Source of the DNA: Welwitschia mirabilis
Lineage: Eukaryota
Assembly (NCBI GenBank): GCA_051453625.1
Contig: JBOZIK010000001.1
Coordinates: 17,903,872 to 17,940,393, forward strand
Reading direction: 5' to 3'
Length of the DNA stretch: 36,522 nucleotides
This document shows, piece after piece, positions 10,999 through 24,786 of the stretch (within the stretch, counting starts at the first letter, position 1; each line of letters starts with the position of its first letter). The position numbers were made by a program, and so were the translations under genes. Below the pieces are notes generated by a model that had not been told where the DNA came from, made no database searches, and saw nothing but the letters and a program-made list of their open reading frames with translations.

Positions 10999-12430
10999 TT
11001 CTATATAATCATAAGGCTCCTCCAATAGTGCCCCTCTGAAAAATGTCCAAATGAGCACTTCTGCAAATGTCTACATCTTTCAATCCCATTTCTCTTTTTT
11101 CTACGAAGGCATAAACATTAAATCATAGGTAAAGAAAGGTAGATCAGACAATGACTGATGAAGTGTCATAGGAATTATAAGTCCAAGAAGTAATCTAATC
11201 TTTCGAACATTCTACTTCGTTTCTAAGTTTTGGGGATTCTCTGAATAATGACTTTGGCCTAATCTTTACATCTTCTAAATCCTCTCCATGTGTATTATTG
11301 TTATTATTTTTGATATGCTCTTCAATAAAGAAGAAAAATAGATTCTTAAAGTATGATCAAATGCATTTGACTAAGAAAGAATGCACTACCAAAGTTAGCA
11401 AGAAGAGGAACTATAGTTCTTCCTTTGGATCTAAGAGACTCCTAAATTGGTAAATACATTCGATTGGAAATTTACTAGGATTTACTTTGATCTCATTTGT
11501 TGGATCTAATAGATGTATAATGCATAGAATAATCCCATAACTGAGAGTCAAGCAACATCTCAGGGAGTTTGTGAGATATGCATTTCAAACAACTTAATTG
11601 TTTAATGTTTACTTGATACAATTTATACGAGTAATAAGGCCCAACATAGAGATTAATGGCCTATCTTATAATTGGATCCACATCCCAATATTTATGTATT
11701 TTGAGCCAACCTATCTTAAAATAAAACTTAAACCCAATACTAAGCTTATCTAATCTCTTATTAATGTAACCTATTTTCCTATTCGTTTAATCTTCATCAT
11801 CTAGCTTATGTACTTCTTATCTTATGGAATTATAAAGTTAAGGTTAGATGGCTATCTTATTCTTTTTTTTTATAAAAGGTTTTTTACATTTTTAGAACTA
11901 TCATCTATGTTTTCTAAGTTATTATATGCTTTATTTGATTCTTTAGATGAAATTTCTACCACTTGTCATCTTCATTAGTTACCTACTTCATGTTGTTAAT
12001 ACTTCATAAACAAACCTTAATAAGCTTTAAGGTTTAAAATCATGTTTATGACATCTTCTTAGAATATCTCTGAAGCACTTAAACGTCTTGTGAAAAGGTT
12101 GGTTATCTTAGTTTTAAATGTCCATAATTTTTCTTTTTAGTTTATTGGTTTTGTGTATTAGGAGGAAAGAAAGAATTTCAAAATCTCATGTATGAAATCT
12201 CTCTATGATTTAATTAGTATGGTTTTAATTTTATTAACCAAGATTTAGATTTCTCTTTTAAGGAAAAGGGGAAAATTTTCATTCTAATTACTTTAACTTA
12301 ATTTCTTAAAACTAAAATTATGTCTTTGAATTCTCTTAAATGCTTATAAAAATATTTAGAATCTAGGATATGAAATTTTGATAATAAGTTGATAATGATA
12401 GGATTTGTTTTAATTTAATTCATGCATCAA

Positions 12431-12431
<1 letters not shown>

Positions 12432-12487
<56 letters not shown>
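12432..12487. repeat. (TG)28 microsatellite
   Basis: Perfect dinucleotide run. Confidence 0.98.
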
Positions 12488-12489
<2 letters not shown>

Positions 12490-15400
12490 GTTATAGCTAA
12501 ACACTTCAGTTGTCATATATCTTTCAATGTTATCTGAGGTAATATTTCATAGAAACACAAATATGTTTGGAATTTTCAATTAAAGTTTCATTAATATAAA
12601 TTTTATATTTTGAGTATTAATGATCAAAGTCAATGGCAAAGTTGTCTAGGAAGTGGTTGGTGTTCTAGTTATTCATCACTTTTCTTATAGAATATGCCAA
12701 TAATAGATCTAATCTAATGAGGTGAAAGAGATTAGGATTGACAAAAGTATTCTATAAGAAACTATAGATTAAATTTTCTTTTAAAAAAATAAAATACTAT
12801 AATACACAACTTGAAATTTTTATGATAATAGAATTTCCAAAAATGAAAGTAATATTAATAAATGTGACTATAGCATGTCTTAAATGTTGAAAGTTACATG
12901 GTAGAAAATAGAGAGTAAATAGAGAGAAAAGTTATGCTATGTAACATAAGGCATTTGATAGGAAACTTTTTCAAATTCAAAATTTAGTGTTCATAATGTA
13001 GAGAAATATTTTAATAGTAAATAATATAAATATTTCACAAATGCAACTGATAAATAAATCTTATTATCTCTATAATTAGGAATGTAAAAAAAATAAATAT
13101 TAGAGTGCATCTGGTATAAAGTGAAATTAATATCTCCAAGCTAAATATCTATAGATCTTCATTATTACACTATAGATTCTTCTAATTATTTTAAAATAAA
13201 TAATTTCTTATTTTTAATAAAATATAAAAATAGAAATAATTTCATAAATAAAATAATTTTTGTCAAGCCAAGAAACACCAATTACAGTTCTTGGTAATGA
13301 TGCTTAAAACTTATTATACCTTAACTTTTATTGTGATTTGTAATCTTGGAAGATGTGCCTAAGATATCAAGGTATAGGTAAAAGTTTAAAGTAAATAGAC
13401 TAGAGAATCCTATTCTAGTATAGTTAATCCTAGTTATTAATCCATTTTATAGGTATTTTAGAGCTCATAATATTAGATGAGGGCTTCAAATAAGTATTTG
13501 ATTAAAAAATATTCTAAATAAGGTTTGAAAAAGATATTTAGATATTAGATAGAAGATATTTCTTCTTTTAGGAATTAGAAATGACTATTTATAAGGAAAT
13601 CTATTAAGAAAACTCAAATCATATGAAATATATTATATTAGGTAGTTCTCAGACTCATACATAAGTAATAAATTATTTACTACAAATTTCAATGTTTGTG
13701 AAATTACAAGTATTAGAATTATTTTATCTTATAATGAAATATATAAGATAACATCAAAGATATTATAAACTAACATATAAATCATTTAACACCTAACACT
13801 ACATTGACAGAATACATCTAAAATAGAAATATGAAAGAATACCCTAAATAAAGTATTATATACCTACTAATCATAATTAAATTAATATAAAAGAATAAAG
13901 CAAATTTAATAACAAAACTAAATGATTATTCAAATCATTAGTTTAAAGCTATTTTGTGGAATATTATTGTATGTAATAGGTTATATAAAATTACTTGTAG
14001 ATACTACAAGAAAATATTGAAATTTGGATATAATAGCAACTAATATATGACTCCAAGGAAAAATTTATTTTATGGGATAAATTAGGCATTATAAAGAACA
14101 ATTAAAATGGAATGTAAAAATTTATAACCAATTTTGAAAATTGAAATAGTTTTCATAAATATTAAGATGAATCAATTAGATTATAACTAAGTAATATTTT
14201 GGGTATTTCAAATCAAAATAGAATACATTTTCATTAAGTACATTAATTTAATAAGGATTTAATATTATAATGATAAAAATATATGAAAATATTAAGGTTA
14301 CTAATGAAGATATAACTTACCTCAAATATCAATTAAAATGAAATCTTGCATACTTAAATGGAAACAATAAATGCTTAAAAAAGCCCTTAAAAGAAGTCTC
14401 TGAGCATGCTACACTTAAGCATATTATACTAGAAATACAAATTTACCTAAATGAATTCTCAAGATCTAAAGGTATAGAATAATAAATATAAGGCATGTGA
14501 TGTTTTCATTTTTCTTTTTACATAATAATTTAAAAAATAAAANNNNNNNNNNNNNNNNNNNNNNNNNNNNNNNNNNNNNNNNNNNNNNNNNNNNNNNNNN
14601 NNNNNNNNNNNNNNNNNNNNNNNNNNNNNNNNNNNNNNNNNNNNNNNNNNNNNNNNNNNNNNNNNNNNNNNNNNNNNNNNNNNNNNNNNNNNNNNNNNNN
14701 NNNNNNNNNNNNNNNNNNNNNNNNNNNNNNNNNNNNNNNNNNNNNNNNNNNNNNNNNNNNNNNNNNNNNNNNNNNNNNNNNNNNNNNNNNNNNNNNNNNN
14801 NNNNNNNNNNNNNNNNNNNNNNNNNNNNNNNNNNNNNNNNNNNNNNNNNNNNNNNNNNNNNNNNNNNNNNNNNNNNNNNNNNNNNNNNNNNNNNNNNNNN
14901 NNNNNNNNNNNNNNNNNNNNNNNNNNNNNNNNNNNNNNNNNNNNNNNNNNNNNNNNNNNNNNNNNNNNNNNNNNNNNNNNNNNNNNNNNNNNNNNNNNNN
15001 NNNNNNNNNNNNNNNNNNNNNNNNNNNNNNNNNNNNNNNNNNNNNNNNNNNNNNNNNNTAAAATTATGAAGTAAAAATATCTTTAGAAGATGAGATAAAA
15101 ATGTGATTGCCTTTTTACTAATGGAAAACATGATAAATAGTAAGAGGAAAAAGGACTTATCTATATTGACTATAATTTGATTCTTCATGATTTTCACCTT
15201 AACAAAATGTAGACTCTTATTCTAGCAACATGGAAAAATTATGCTACCTTTAAGATCTAGTTAGTGGAACTACTAGAGGGCTAGGATAGCTTGTTAAGAT
15301 TCTCAGCATGTTTATGCAACTCTCACGCACGCCCTAAACTTTCTCAAGGACTTTATTTAGCATTGGTAAAATGATGTAAATAGTTAAAATGTCTCTTCTG

Positions 15401-18400
15401 TAAAGTTTATTTCCTTTAGATGGTTATTATATGTTTAACTAACTATAAATTATTCATTTGATAATTTAATCAAATTCATAATATCAACATAGTTTTCATC
15501 GCATTTTTGTTGAATAGTTATTTATCCTTGAACTATTGCTCTTCCATGGGAGCTTCCTATTCTTGATCTTATTCCCTTTTAAAAATCCTCATCTTATCAT
15601 GATATACTACATAAGTAATTTTAAAAATTAATAATATAATTATTATATGTTATTTTAATCATCATTTTTAATCATTTCAAGATAACTTCATTATATAACT
15701 TATTCATTTTCCCAACTATGTTGATCATAATGACATCATTCAACCAACACTCTAAGTAGTCATAGGGTTTTGCTTTATACCTCCATATAATGCNNNNNNN
15801 NNNNNNNNNNNNNNNNNNNNNNNNNNNNNNNNNNNNNNNNNNNNNNNNNNNNNNNNNNNNNNNNNNNNNNNNNNNNNNNNNNNNNNNNNNNNNNNNNNNN
15901 NNNNNNNNNNNNNNNNNNNNNNNNNNNNNNNNNNNNNNNNNNNNNNNNNNNNNNNNNNNNNNNNNNNNNNNNNNNNNNNNNNNNNNNNNNNNNNNNNNNN
16001 NNNNNNNNNNNNNNNNNNNNNNNNNNNNNNNNNNNNNNNNNNNNNNNNNNNNNNNNNNNNNNNNNNNNNNNNNNNNNNNNNNNNNNNNNNNNNNNNNNNN
16101 NNNNNNNNNNNNNNNNNNNNNNNNNNNNNNNNNNNNNNNNNNNNNNNNNNNNNNNNNNNNNNNNNNNNNNNNNNNNNNNNNNNNNNNNNNNNNNNNNNNN
16201 NNNNNNNNNNNNNNNNNNNNNNNNNNNNNNNNNNNNNNNNNNNNNNNNNNNNNNNNNNNNNNNNNNNNNNNNNNNNNNNNNNNNNNNNNNNNNNNNNNNN
16301 NNNNNNNNNNNNNNNNNNNNNNNNNNNNNNNNNNNNNNNNNNNNNNNNNNNNNNNNNNNNNNNNNNNNNNNNNNNNNNNNNNNNNNNNNNNNNNNNNNNN
16401 NNNNNNNNNNNNNNNNNNNNNNNNNNNNNNNNNNNNNNNNNNNNNNNNNNNNNNNNNNNNNNNNNNNNNNNNNNNNNNNNNNTCCAAGTCATAGTGATAT
16501 GAACTACATTCCTTTATCATTGATGAATGAATCAAAAATATATTCCTTTGAAATTCTTTTGCAAAATCAATCAAATCAACCCATTCATTCCTTATCACAC
16601 TAAGATGACATTATCATGTTAATGCATCTCCTAGTAAAAGCATCATTAAATATTGATTACATAACCTATTATTAATATTTTTTAATTTAAAATGGTTCTA
16701 AATAAATTATAGCCAATCTAGTAGCTCCTTAGAAAGCTCTAGAGTACCCACATACATATAAATTTTAACATTTTTCAAATATTGCTGCGTGTCTCTTTCT
16801 TTCATGCTATGATTTATTTTTATGAAGAAATTTATCTATTCAATTCTTATACTTTTATAGTTCTTATTAATATCTTCATAATTTTATGGTATTGAGGACC
16901 GTTATGTGAGGCTAAGCTTTTACAAATGAAAACTAGTTCCTTTATTATAGAAAGGTCTAAATGTCATTTCCTTCATAGGGATAAATGAGATAAACTATAA
17001 TAAAAAAATTACAAAACCAAATATGAAGAAAAGAGATTTTAATAAAATAAAAATAAAAATAGAAGAATTATTTAATAAGATTAGAGGCTAATGAGCATAG
17101 CTCTCAGAATACAACATGAAAACAATAGCACTAGTAAGAGTCCTTGCAAAGAAAGTAGACTTGTTTTCTTCTAAAGCTAGAAATGTTAAACTTCATCAAA
17201 GCTCAAGCATGGTGACATATTCTCATTTACCATATAAATGTTGGTGAATATTTCAATTCATCTAAGCTCCCATAGCATATCTATATAATCATGAAAAGTA
17301 GGATGTAATTTCTAAAGACCATAAAACATTAGTATGATCTATAAATTATGATGTAAATATGAATAAATCACTCAAAATAATATAAATCTCAACATATTTT
17401 AGTACCATAAGAAGAATAATAAGTATGTAAAATTTTCACTCTTGCTATGAAAAAGATTTCATCAAATATTAACTATTGTTTCTTCAACTTATTAAAAGTA
17501 TGAAAAGTATGTTCTTAGTCATACTTAAAATTCAAAGAATAAATATAAGAATAATAAGATTTTAGTAATGAAATAGATCAAAATTTTAATACATAAACAT
17601 AAAACATCAAGCTATAATTAAAATATCATGGTATCTTAAGCACTACCCCATCTTAAGAGAATGATTTTAAAAGAAGACATAGAAAGAATCAACCTTAGCA
17701 TGAAGTATATCTAGATCAGTCCCTTTTCAAGCATTCAACATGTTAAAAAATGGGTTACTTAGTCCTTTTTATAGAGAATGTTAAGCTTGAAATGGTTAGA
17801 GTTCTTTGTACTTTTGTGTTAGATCATGTGATTGATATTCTTTGTCTTCTAATATTGGTTGAGGTGGTTGGGATTATGTCTTATAAGATTTGGTATCTTT
17901 TATCAGAAACAACATGGACTTTCATGATGAGTCCAACATGTAAACTTTTAAGAAAGATTCCTCCACTAATTAGTGCCACCACCACATGTCATAAGTACTA
18001 TCATTGCTTTTTATAAGCATAGTCATGTTACAATTAAAGTTAATAGTTGATTTTAATGCAATAATTAATTTGGAACATGATCAAGAACCAATAGCTTTTC
18101 CATGGTAAAATCAAACATAATTCTACTAGAAGTCATTATCCTAAAGAAAATAGTACTGCTATATAGGTAGCTAAGGCTACTAGCATGTCATATAAGATCA
18201 ATGCCAACTTTCAGATGGTACTCCAAAATGAAGTTAAATATCTGAAAACACTATGAGAAGTACATAAGTTTAGATATGAAATTAAAAAGAATAGAAGACA
18301 TATTTTTATAATGAATTAGTTAAGTTAATATCTTCACTTATTATAAATTGGCCTAATATACTTGAGATAAATGTTAAGTTTTACACATTATCAATTCAAA

Positions 18401-18854
18401 CATCTATTTATCTAGGCTTTAAATTCTCCCATTTTAATCTTAAAAATAAATTTATAATTGAGATTAGAGGTTTTTTATGGGTTGTTCTCATAATTACACT
18501 TCAAGTTTCTATAGGATGAAATTGATTTTGTCATTTGTAACTTTTTTTAAAGACTTAACATTTGCATAATTAGCTTGGAACCACTAATGAACTTTGTTAA
18601 TTTTTTAAGGAGCCACCTAGACTATATTGCTACTTTTAACCTATCTTTTATAGCTTAAAATTTAGTTATTTAAATAGTTAGAAGTTAAACATTGTAAAAT
18701 TTCTTTTATTACTAAGTAATTAATAAGATTATATATTTAATTAATTAGAAAAATGTTTTAATTTAATAATTAATGACTTAATCACATTAAAATACTTGTT
18801 TTGGAGATTTGTAAGCTTCCATGAAGTTCGTCAATCCCTCTTGTCAATCATGTA

Positions 18855-19053
18855 TGACCTTATATCCTTCTAGAGTGATGATGTCAGTAGTGTAACATCC
18901 TGTAGCCTTCTATGAGATATCAAGTATTCATATTAGTAGTGTAACCTCCTATACACTTTTGGAGTGATGATGTTAATCGCATAACCTTATGTGAGATTCA
19001 TTAGAGTTTCATGTTAGTAGTGTAATTCCCTATACCCTTTAGGAGTGATAATG
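18855..19053. repeat. Degenerate ~40-48 bp tandem repeat with alternating unit types
   Basis: ATGTTAGTAGTGTAAC-like cores at ~18881, 18929, 18969 and 19011. GAGTGATGATG-type modules occur at ~18872, 18962 and 19043. Confidence 0.75.
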
Positions 19054-19483
19054 ATTTCTTCATTAAGATGCATACATGATGTATTAATAACATGCAAAAA
19101 TTAACATTTAGACCAAGCATGTTTCACTAATTTAGCTTAGGCAAAGACATTAGAGTAGTTATTTTATCATAAAACTATATCTTCAACTCTTTTTAATATA
19201 ATTTTTGGACTTATGAACTTTACCATAATAATTTTAGTTAAATTGCTACATTTAGATGACATAATAAAATCTAAAGATAATCTAACTAAAAATACCATCA
19301 TCACTATCTAGATCACTAGCATTACTAGTTCTTTAGATTAAAATGCATCAAGAGTTATGTTTTATAATTATATCTAAAAATTATTAATTTTAGCTTATGG
19401 GATCAATTAGTTATGGCATCAAATTTTGAAAAATCATGTAGCCATAAAAGTGTCAAATTTCTAATGGAAAATCCTAAAATACA

Positions 19484-19526
19484 AAACCCTAATCTTAAAA
19501 CCCTAGATTTATCTTTACCTATAAAA
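19484..19526 (+). promoter_or_regulatory. Telo-box motifs plus TATA; probable promoter relic of an unassigned LTR
   Basis: AAACCCTAA and AAACCCTAG followed by CTATAAAAAGG. No downstream ORF. Confidence 0.25.
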
Positions 19527-20016
19527 AGGATCAAGCACCATCATTTGTAATAATCTTTAATTGGAAAAAATAGTTAGAATTCTTAGAGCCATGATTATCA
19601 TGTTATTCTAAACTTCCCCTTTAGAAGCGAGTTATCCTTGAGACTATCTATGAGGATTTCATATCATCTTTTCTTTCATCCTCTGCTGTAATGCAGTTTA
19701 TGTTTTTAATAAAGTAATATTCAATCATTCTTTATTTTGAATTTCAATTAATCTGATACTTTTAATTCTTAAATAAGACTATATTATTGAGTTCTTTCAT
19801 TACTAAGTAAGTTTCTTGAGGTTACCTATTAATTATCATCATTCAGTTTAATAGATCTTGGGCAAATTAGTTCTTACTTTCCATGTTTACATTAGGCTAT
19901 AAAAGACTAAAGGAAATAAGGAATCCACTAACACTCATTGGTAAATAAGATTACATTACCACAATATAAGCCATTATGACTTAATAATTCAAGCTTTATT
20001 TTAATAATTTATAGGA

Positions 20017-20154
20017 TATTATTGAAGTGAAGATTTACTATTGGATGATTATATTGAAGATATTACTTATAAAGGGAAGCACACAATTAGGTTTTTACTA
20101 GGATTTTCCCATCTCCATAAGTGTAGAACAATCGTATGCATACAAACCTTAGCA
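20017..20154 (-). repeat. 3' LTR of the copia element (U5 end poorly defined)
   Basis: The minus strand starts TGCTAAGGTTTGTATGCA versus TGTTAAAGTTTGTATACA for the 5' LTR, at a constant offset of 9215 bp. Confidence 0.7.
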
Positions 20155-20168
20155 AATTCCCCTTCAAT
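20155..20168 (-). other. Polypurine tract (PPT)
   Basis: Minus-strand ATTGAAGGGGAATT immediately before the TG of the 3' LTR, matching the copia TTGAGGGGGAG type. Confidence 0.7.
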
Positions 20169-20435
20169 ATAGAAATACACTTTCTTTCAAGGGAAAACTA
20201 GAGTATTAATAGGAAAACCTTGGGGATTTTTGCCTACAATAAAGCCTTCTTAAAGGAGTTACAATGTTAGGGAACTACTTTGCTAAAGAAGTAGTTAATT
20301 TATTATTATACATCCTATTGCAAATAAAACTTATTATGTACATTACACGTCCCATAATACTAGGCCAAAAAATGTATTACACACCTCATAGTACTATTCT
20401 ATAATTATACTATACATCTTATAGTACTAAGATCA

Positions 20436-20513
20436 GAAGTAACTTTGATAAGAGACTAAAAAATTAAATAAAGAAGGAGTAACTTTGATAAGAGATTTAA
20501 AAGTTAAATAAAG
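20436..20513. repeat. 40 bp tandem duplication in the copia 3' UTR
   Basis: AGTAACTTTGATAAGAGA...TTAAATAAAG at 20438 and 20478. Confidence 0.85.
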
Positions 20514-20549
20514 CCCATAATCTACAAGATAAAAAAATGGATTTAAATC

Positions 20550-22000
20550 AACTCATTATCAAAACAATTTTGGACTTGAAATACTAGAACATCGAACCTC
20601 TCTTAACCAAGTGGTTTGATAATAATATCAATAGTTTTCTTTATAGTCGGATAGTATACTAGCATAATAACTTCATTTTTCATTAGTTACCTAATTTTGT
20701 GTAGCCTTTTATCCTATTATGGTGCACTATATTTTTTTCTATGTAACTTGTTGACTTAATATCAATGAAGATCTCTATTACCTTATTTTTCTTTAAGTTT
20801 ACTGCTTCTAATAATTTATTTAGCAATTTGATTTCTCTACATGCTTCAATGGTAGTTGTATATTCTACCCTACTAAAAGATCATACTATAGTTTTCTAAT
20901 GCTTTGATCACTAAGACAAAGCTAATGTTCTGAGGAATATAGTCTACCCTAATGTTAACAATGAGGTATCAGTTTTTCTAGCAAGATTAAAATTAGAGTA
21001 TGCCTTCAAGTGAAATTAAGAGTTTATTTTATATGTTAGATCTAACTCTTTAGTCTTCTTTAGATATCTTAGTACTCTCTTTATGTCATTTAGATGAGTG
21101 GTCTTAGGCACATAAGATATATTGATAATATACTAATAACATATGATATGTTAGATCTGTATTAATTATGTAAATTAAACTTCCTATTATTCTTATATAT
21201 CTAGATTTATTTACATATTCTGAACCTTCATTAATAGATATTTTGACATTCTTATCTAAAGATGTTATAGATTCTTTTGCATCTTATAGTTCAAACTCCT
21301 AGATTAGATCTATGATGTACTTCTTAATGTCAAGAAGATTCATCCATTTGTTAAATAACTTCTAGAACTATGTAGAATCTGGTTAATCACAGATCAAAAA
21401 TCTTGAATTTCTTACTTATGATAACTTTTTGTTCTTTTTACATCTTCTTCATTATTTCTAGTTATTAGCATATCATCTATATAAACCACAATTATGTAAA
21501 TTTATACCCATTAGTTTTTATGAATAATTTGGCATCCACATCTTTATAATCATATAATCTAAATCTAGTAAAACTTAAATAATTTTCTAGCTTTGTGTAC
21601 CAAGTTCTTGGCTCTTATTTTATCTTATGTAAAGGCTTCATTAATCTATATGCCTTATTTTCTTTACCTTTTATTTAAAATTCTTTAGTTATAGAAAGGT
21701 AGTCTTTATGTTTAATTGATAAAGCTTGCATCTTTTTTATGCTTCCAAGATAACCATTGTTTTAATGGTAGTTCATTCTGCTATTAGAGCAAAGACTTCA
21801 TCATATTTAAGTCCTTTCTTCTATCATAAATGTACAACAATAAGCAGAGCTTTATGGTGCTCAAGATTATTATCTACATTATATTTATTATGGAAAACAC
21901 ATTTGTTAAGAAATTCATTGCATTCTAACAGAAGTTCTACCAACTCTCACGTGTCATTTTTAATAAGACTATCATATTCTTTTTACATGACATTTGTGTA
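20550..22000 (-). pseudogene. pol: Ty1/copia reverse transcriptase plus RNase H, many stops and frameshifts
   Basis: Minus-strand translations: ELVELL..NKCVFHNKYNVDNNLEHHKALLIV..KGLKYDEVFALIAE*TTIKT (RT start); YIDDMLIT (~21462-21485, YVDD motif); ALS**SKH*KTIV*SFSRVEYTTTIEACREI (RNase H); IDIIIKPLG*ERF (ADIFTKPL motif, ~20590-20628). Confidence 0.9.
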
Positions 22001-22469
22001 ATGATTATGTTAAACAACATTTTTAAATGGAATTGATTCACCATCAAAATTTAAGTAAAGGTTATCATCATCATCATAATATGTATGTGAGCCATTCCTA
22101 TTTCTAGTTTTATCCTTCTTATCATTACAAACATCTTTGAGAGAAGCTTATAACCAAGTACGTTAATGTCATCTATAAATAGTACTATCGTATTTGGTTG
22201 GATAACTCATTTAATTTCTATGGGAACCATAATTAAGTGTGCTAAGACAACTAAATTTCTTAATTCTTATGTATTGCAAAGAAGGTATACCAATAGAAGA
22301 AACTAAAGCATGATTGGTGGTTGGATCTCTGCTCTTAATCATAGGACGTTGAGTTTAAATTTGGTTTCCAGCTTATAGGAAGAATACAAATTTTAATGAT
22401 TAAGCTAAAAATTATTATTTAAAGTTTCTAAAAAGATGACATTGTAAGATACAATAATGTTATGATGCT

Positions 22470-23300
22470 CTAAGAGATACACTTGATAACCCTTCTTATC
22501 AGTTGGATATTCCACAAAGATATCAATACAAGCATATGCTTCAAATTTATTATAATATTTATATAAAATATGAACATATCATTTTCAACTAAAAACATGA
22601 AGATTATTTAACTTTGGCTTGTATCTATACCACTTTTTAAGTGGAGATATTCCTTTTTTAGTATATTAACCAATATAATTATTAAGATGTACTATTATTT
22701 TTACTACTTCACCTTAAAAATAGGTCTTATAATCACTGATGTACATTATGGAATAAGTCATATCCATGATAGTGTAATTAAATTACTAAAAATTTCCATT
22801 TTATTGAGGTGTTTTAAGGTAGATATTCAAATGTCAAATTTCTTTAGAGATAAGAAAATTATTGAACTTGGTAGATATGTACTTTCTATCATTATTTGAG
22901 TAGAAACTTTTAATCTAGTAGTTAACTTTATTTTAAATTTAGTTTTAAACTTCTTAAAAATATCTCATTCTAGGATTTGAATTTGATGAAGTATACCTAA
23001 GTCATTTAGAAAGAGTCATCAATAAAAGAGATAAAATAATAAAATTCATGAAAAGTGGAAACTACCATAGGTTCACATAGATCACTGTGAATAAGCAGAA
23101 TCTTTTCATAAGCATGTCACTTACTTGTTACAAATTTTTATCTAGTTAGTTTGCTCATAATACATTCTTTACACTAAGGAAAATCCTGTGAAATGGATGC
23201 AAGAAGCCAACGGCCATTCTCGCGCATCGCATTCATCATGCGAGGAGTGAGATGTCTTAGGCGAGCATGCCATAATAGCGAGTGAGAGATCTCATCTTAG
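22470..23300 (-). pseudogene. pol: Ty1/copia GAG-pre-integrase plus integrase, disrupted
   Basis: LWHARLRHL (~23250-23276), LLIHSDLCEP (~23070-23099, LELIHSDLCGP motif) and NKFEAYACIDIFVEYPTDKKGYQVY (~22477-22551, CIFxGY...KGY motif). Confidence 0.88.
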
Positions 23301-24686
23301 GAAATTGTGCAAGCAATTCCTACATTCTGACACAATCATAAAGATAAATGAGCTTTCCATCCATGTAGCTTTTTATAATCAGTTGCTAATTTCCATCCTA
23401 AATGTTCACTAAGTGCTTCGCCAATGGAAAGCAATAGAAGATGCAATCTCAAAGAAGAAATATACAAAACATGAGAAATAGTCCATGGAGAGAGCGATGT
23501 TAAAGATAACCAAACCATAACCTTCCACTGTAACTACACTTCCATATGACAAATAAACTTGACTCAGCGTTTTGACAAAGTTATCAAAATAATCATGCCA
23601 ATAAGTTATGTAACAAATTACACCTATGTCAAGAATCCACATCTCTTCATGAGCTTTGTGGTCACTCATACCCACAAAGTCAGAGTCATCAAAGATTGCA
23701 TTTGACTTAAAACTTTTAATATCATCAAGGGAATCAGATTCTTTAGTAACTACACTTGTCGTAGGTGTAGATGTGATCTTGTCCCAAAATATCCTATAAA
23801 AGTCCACAATATGATCTTGTCCATTGCATTGTGAGCACTGATATTTATTTTTCTTCGGATTGATAATATTCTGAAATTGCTTCTTGTTTGGCTGAGTCTG
23901 ATTAGGATACTTAGTTTGCTATTGCTATAAAGCCTTATCCTTATCATGATGCTTGTCACTAGGTCAATGAGCTTTATTTGTAGATTGTTTGTTTTGTCAT
24001 GGAGGACAAGAAGAATGAGAAATTTTAAACACTGTATCAGAGGACGAAGAGCCTATGAAGTTAAATTGTACTTTTGCAGTAGTAAGATCCTTACTGAACA
24101 TGTCAAAGTTCATATTGTGTAGCTACTTACTTCCATGAAGAGATAGAATGTAGCTATAAAAAGATGAATCCTCCTAACAACAACAAACCAAATTAACATA
24201 ATGAATGTAGACTTAATTCTTTGGGTCTATCTCAACATCCTTTGCTTTAATATCTATCATCCGAGCTATGAGTTGATGCATTTTCATAATGAAGGCTATT
24301 CATGCTGATAATAAGGTTGATCATTCTAGATCATTCTTTACATAAAATATATCCTACAAAGTACAATAGTTGGTTTAACTTTATTTACTTCTATCAACCA
24401 ACTTGTTAGGTGGAGTGGTCACTGATTTTCACATTATCTATGTGAGCTTGCTATCAATGCCTTCTCATACATCTTCTTTATTCTACTTCTAAAGAGGAGT
24501 ATGCATTTTATTGAAAAAAATCTCTATCGAATTCATAAATGCGCATTGTAGACATGAAGTCTTCATTCCATTCCTCTCAACTCTGATCATCATGTAAAGT
24601 CACCTTAAGGTTGGTTGTGATTCCTGTAGTTAACACTAACATAAAGTTGTCTAATAAGATCTAGAATCTACCTTTTAATGTTTAAG
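23301..24686 (-). pseudogene. gag-pol: Ty1/copia gag plus aspartic protease, copy 1
   Basis: Zinc knuckle YQCSQCNGQDHIVDFY (CX2CX4HX4C with the last C changed to Y, ~23796-23843) and protease MWILDIGVICYIT (WILDSGATxHMT motif) in ORF 23409..23807. Confidence 0.85.
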
Positions 24687-24786
24687 NNNNNNNNNNNNNN
24701 NNNNNNNNNNNNNNNNNNNNNNNNNNNNNNNNNNNNNNNNNNNNNNNNNNNNNNNNNNNNNNNNNNNNNNNNNNNNNNNNNNNNNN

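Noticed and set aside
10700..11600. Possible MULE/FAR1 transposase or gene fragment (minus-strand HALRVILP*YI)
   Set aside because: The motif is too short and the spacing does not fit a SWIM finger; BLASTX would be needed.
14466..16598. Long ORFs of 190-308 aa in the ORF track (also those at 214-451 and 1529-1766)
   Set aside because: They stay open only because they run through N gaps.
18855..19053. CRISPR-like repeat/spacer pattern
   Set aside because: The apparent spacers recur alternately, so this is a higher-order tandem repeat.
21726..22899. Plus-strand ORFs 21726..22001 and 22687..22899
   Set aside because: Antisense shadows of the copia RT and integrase.
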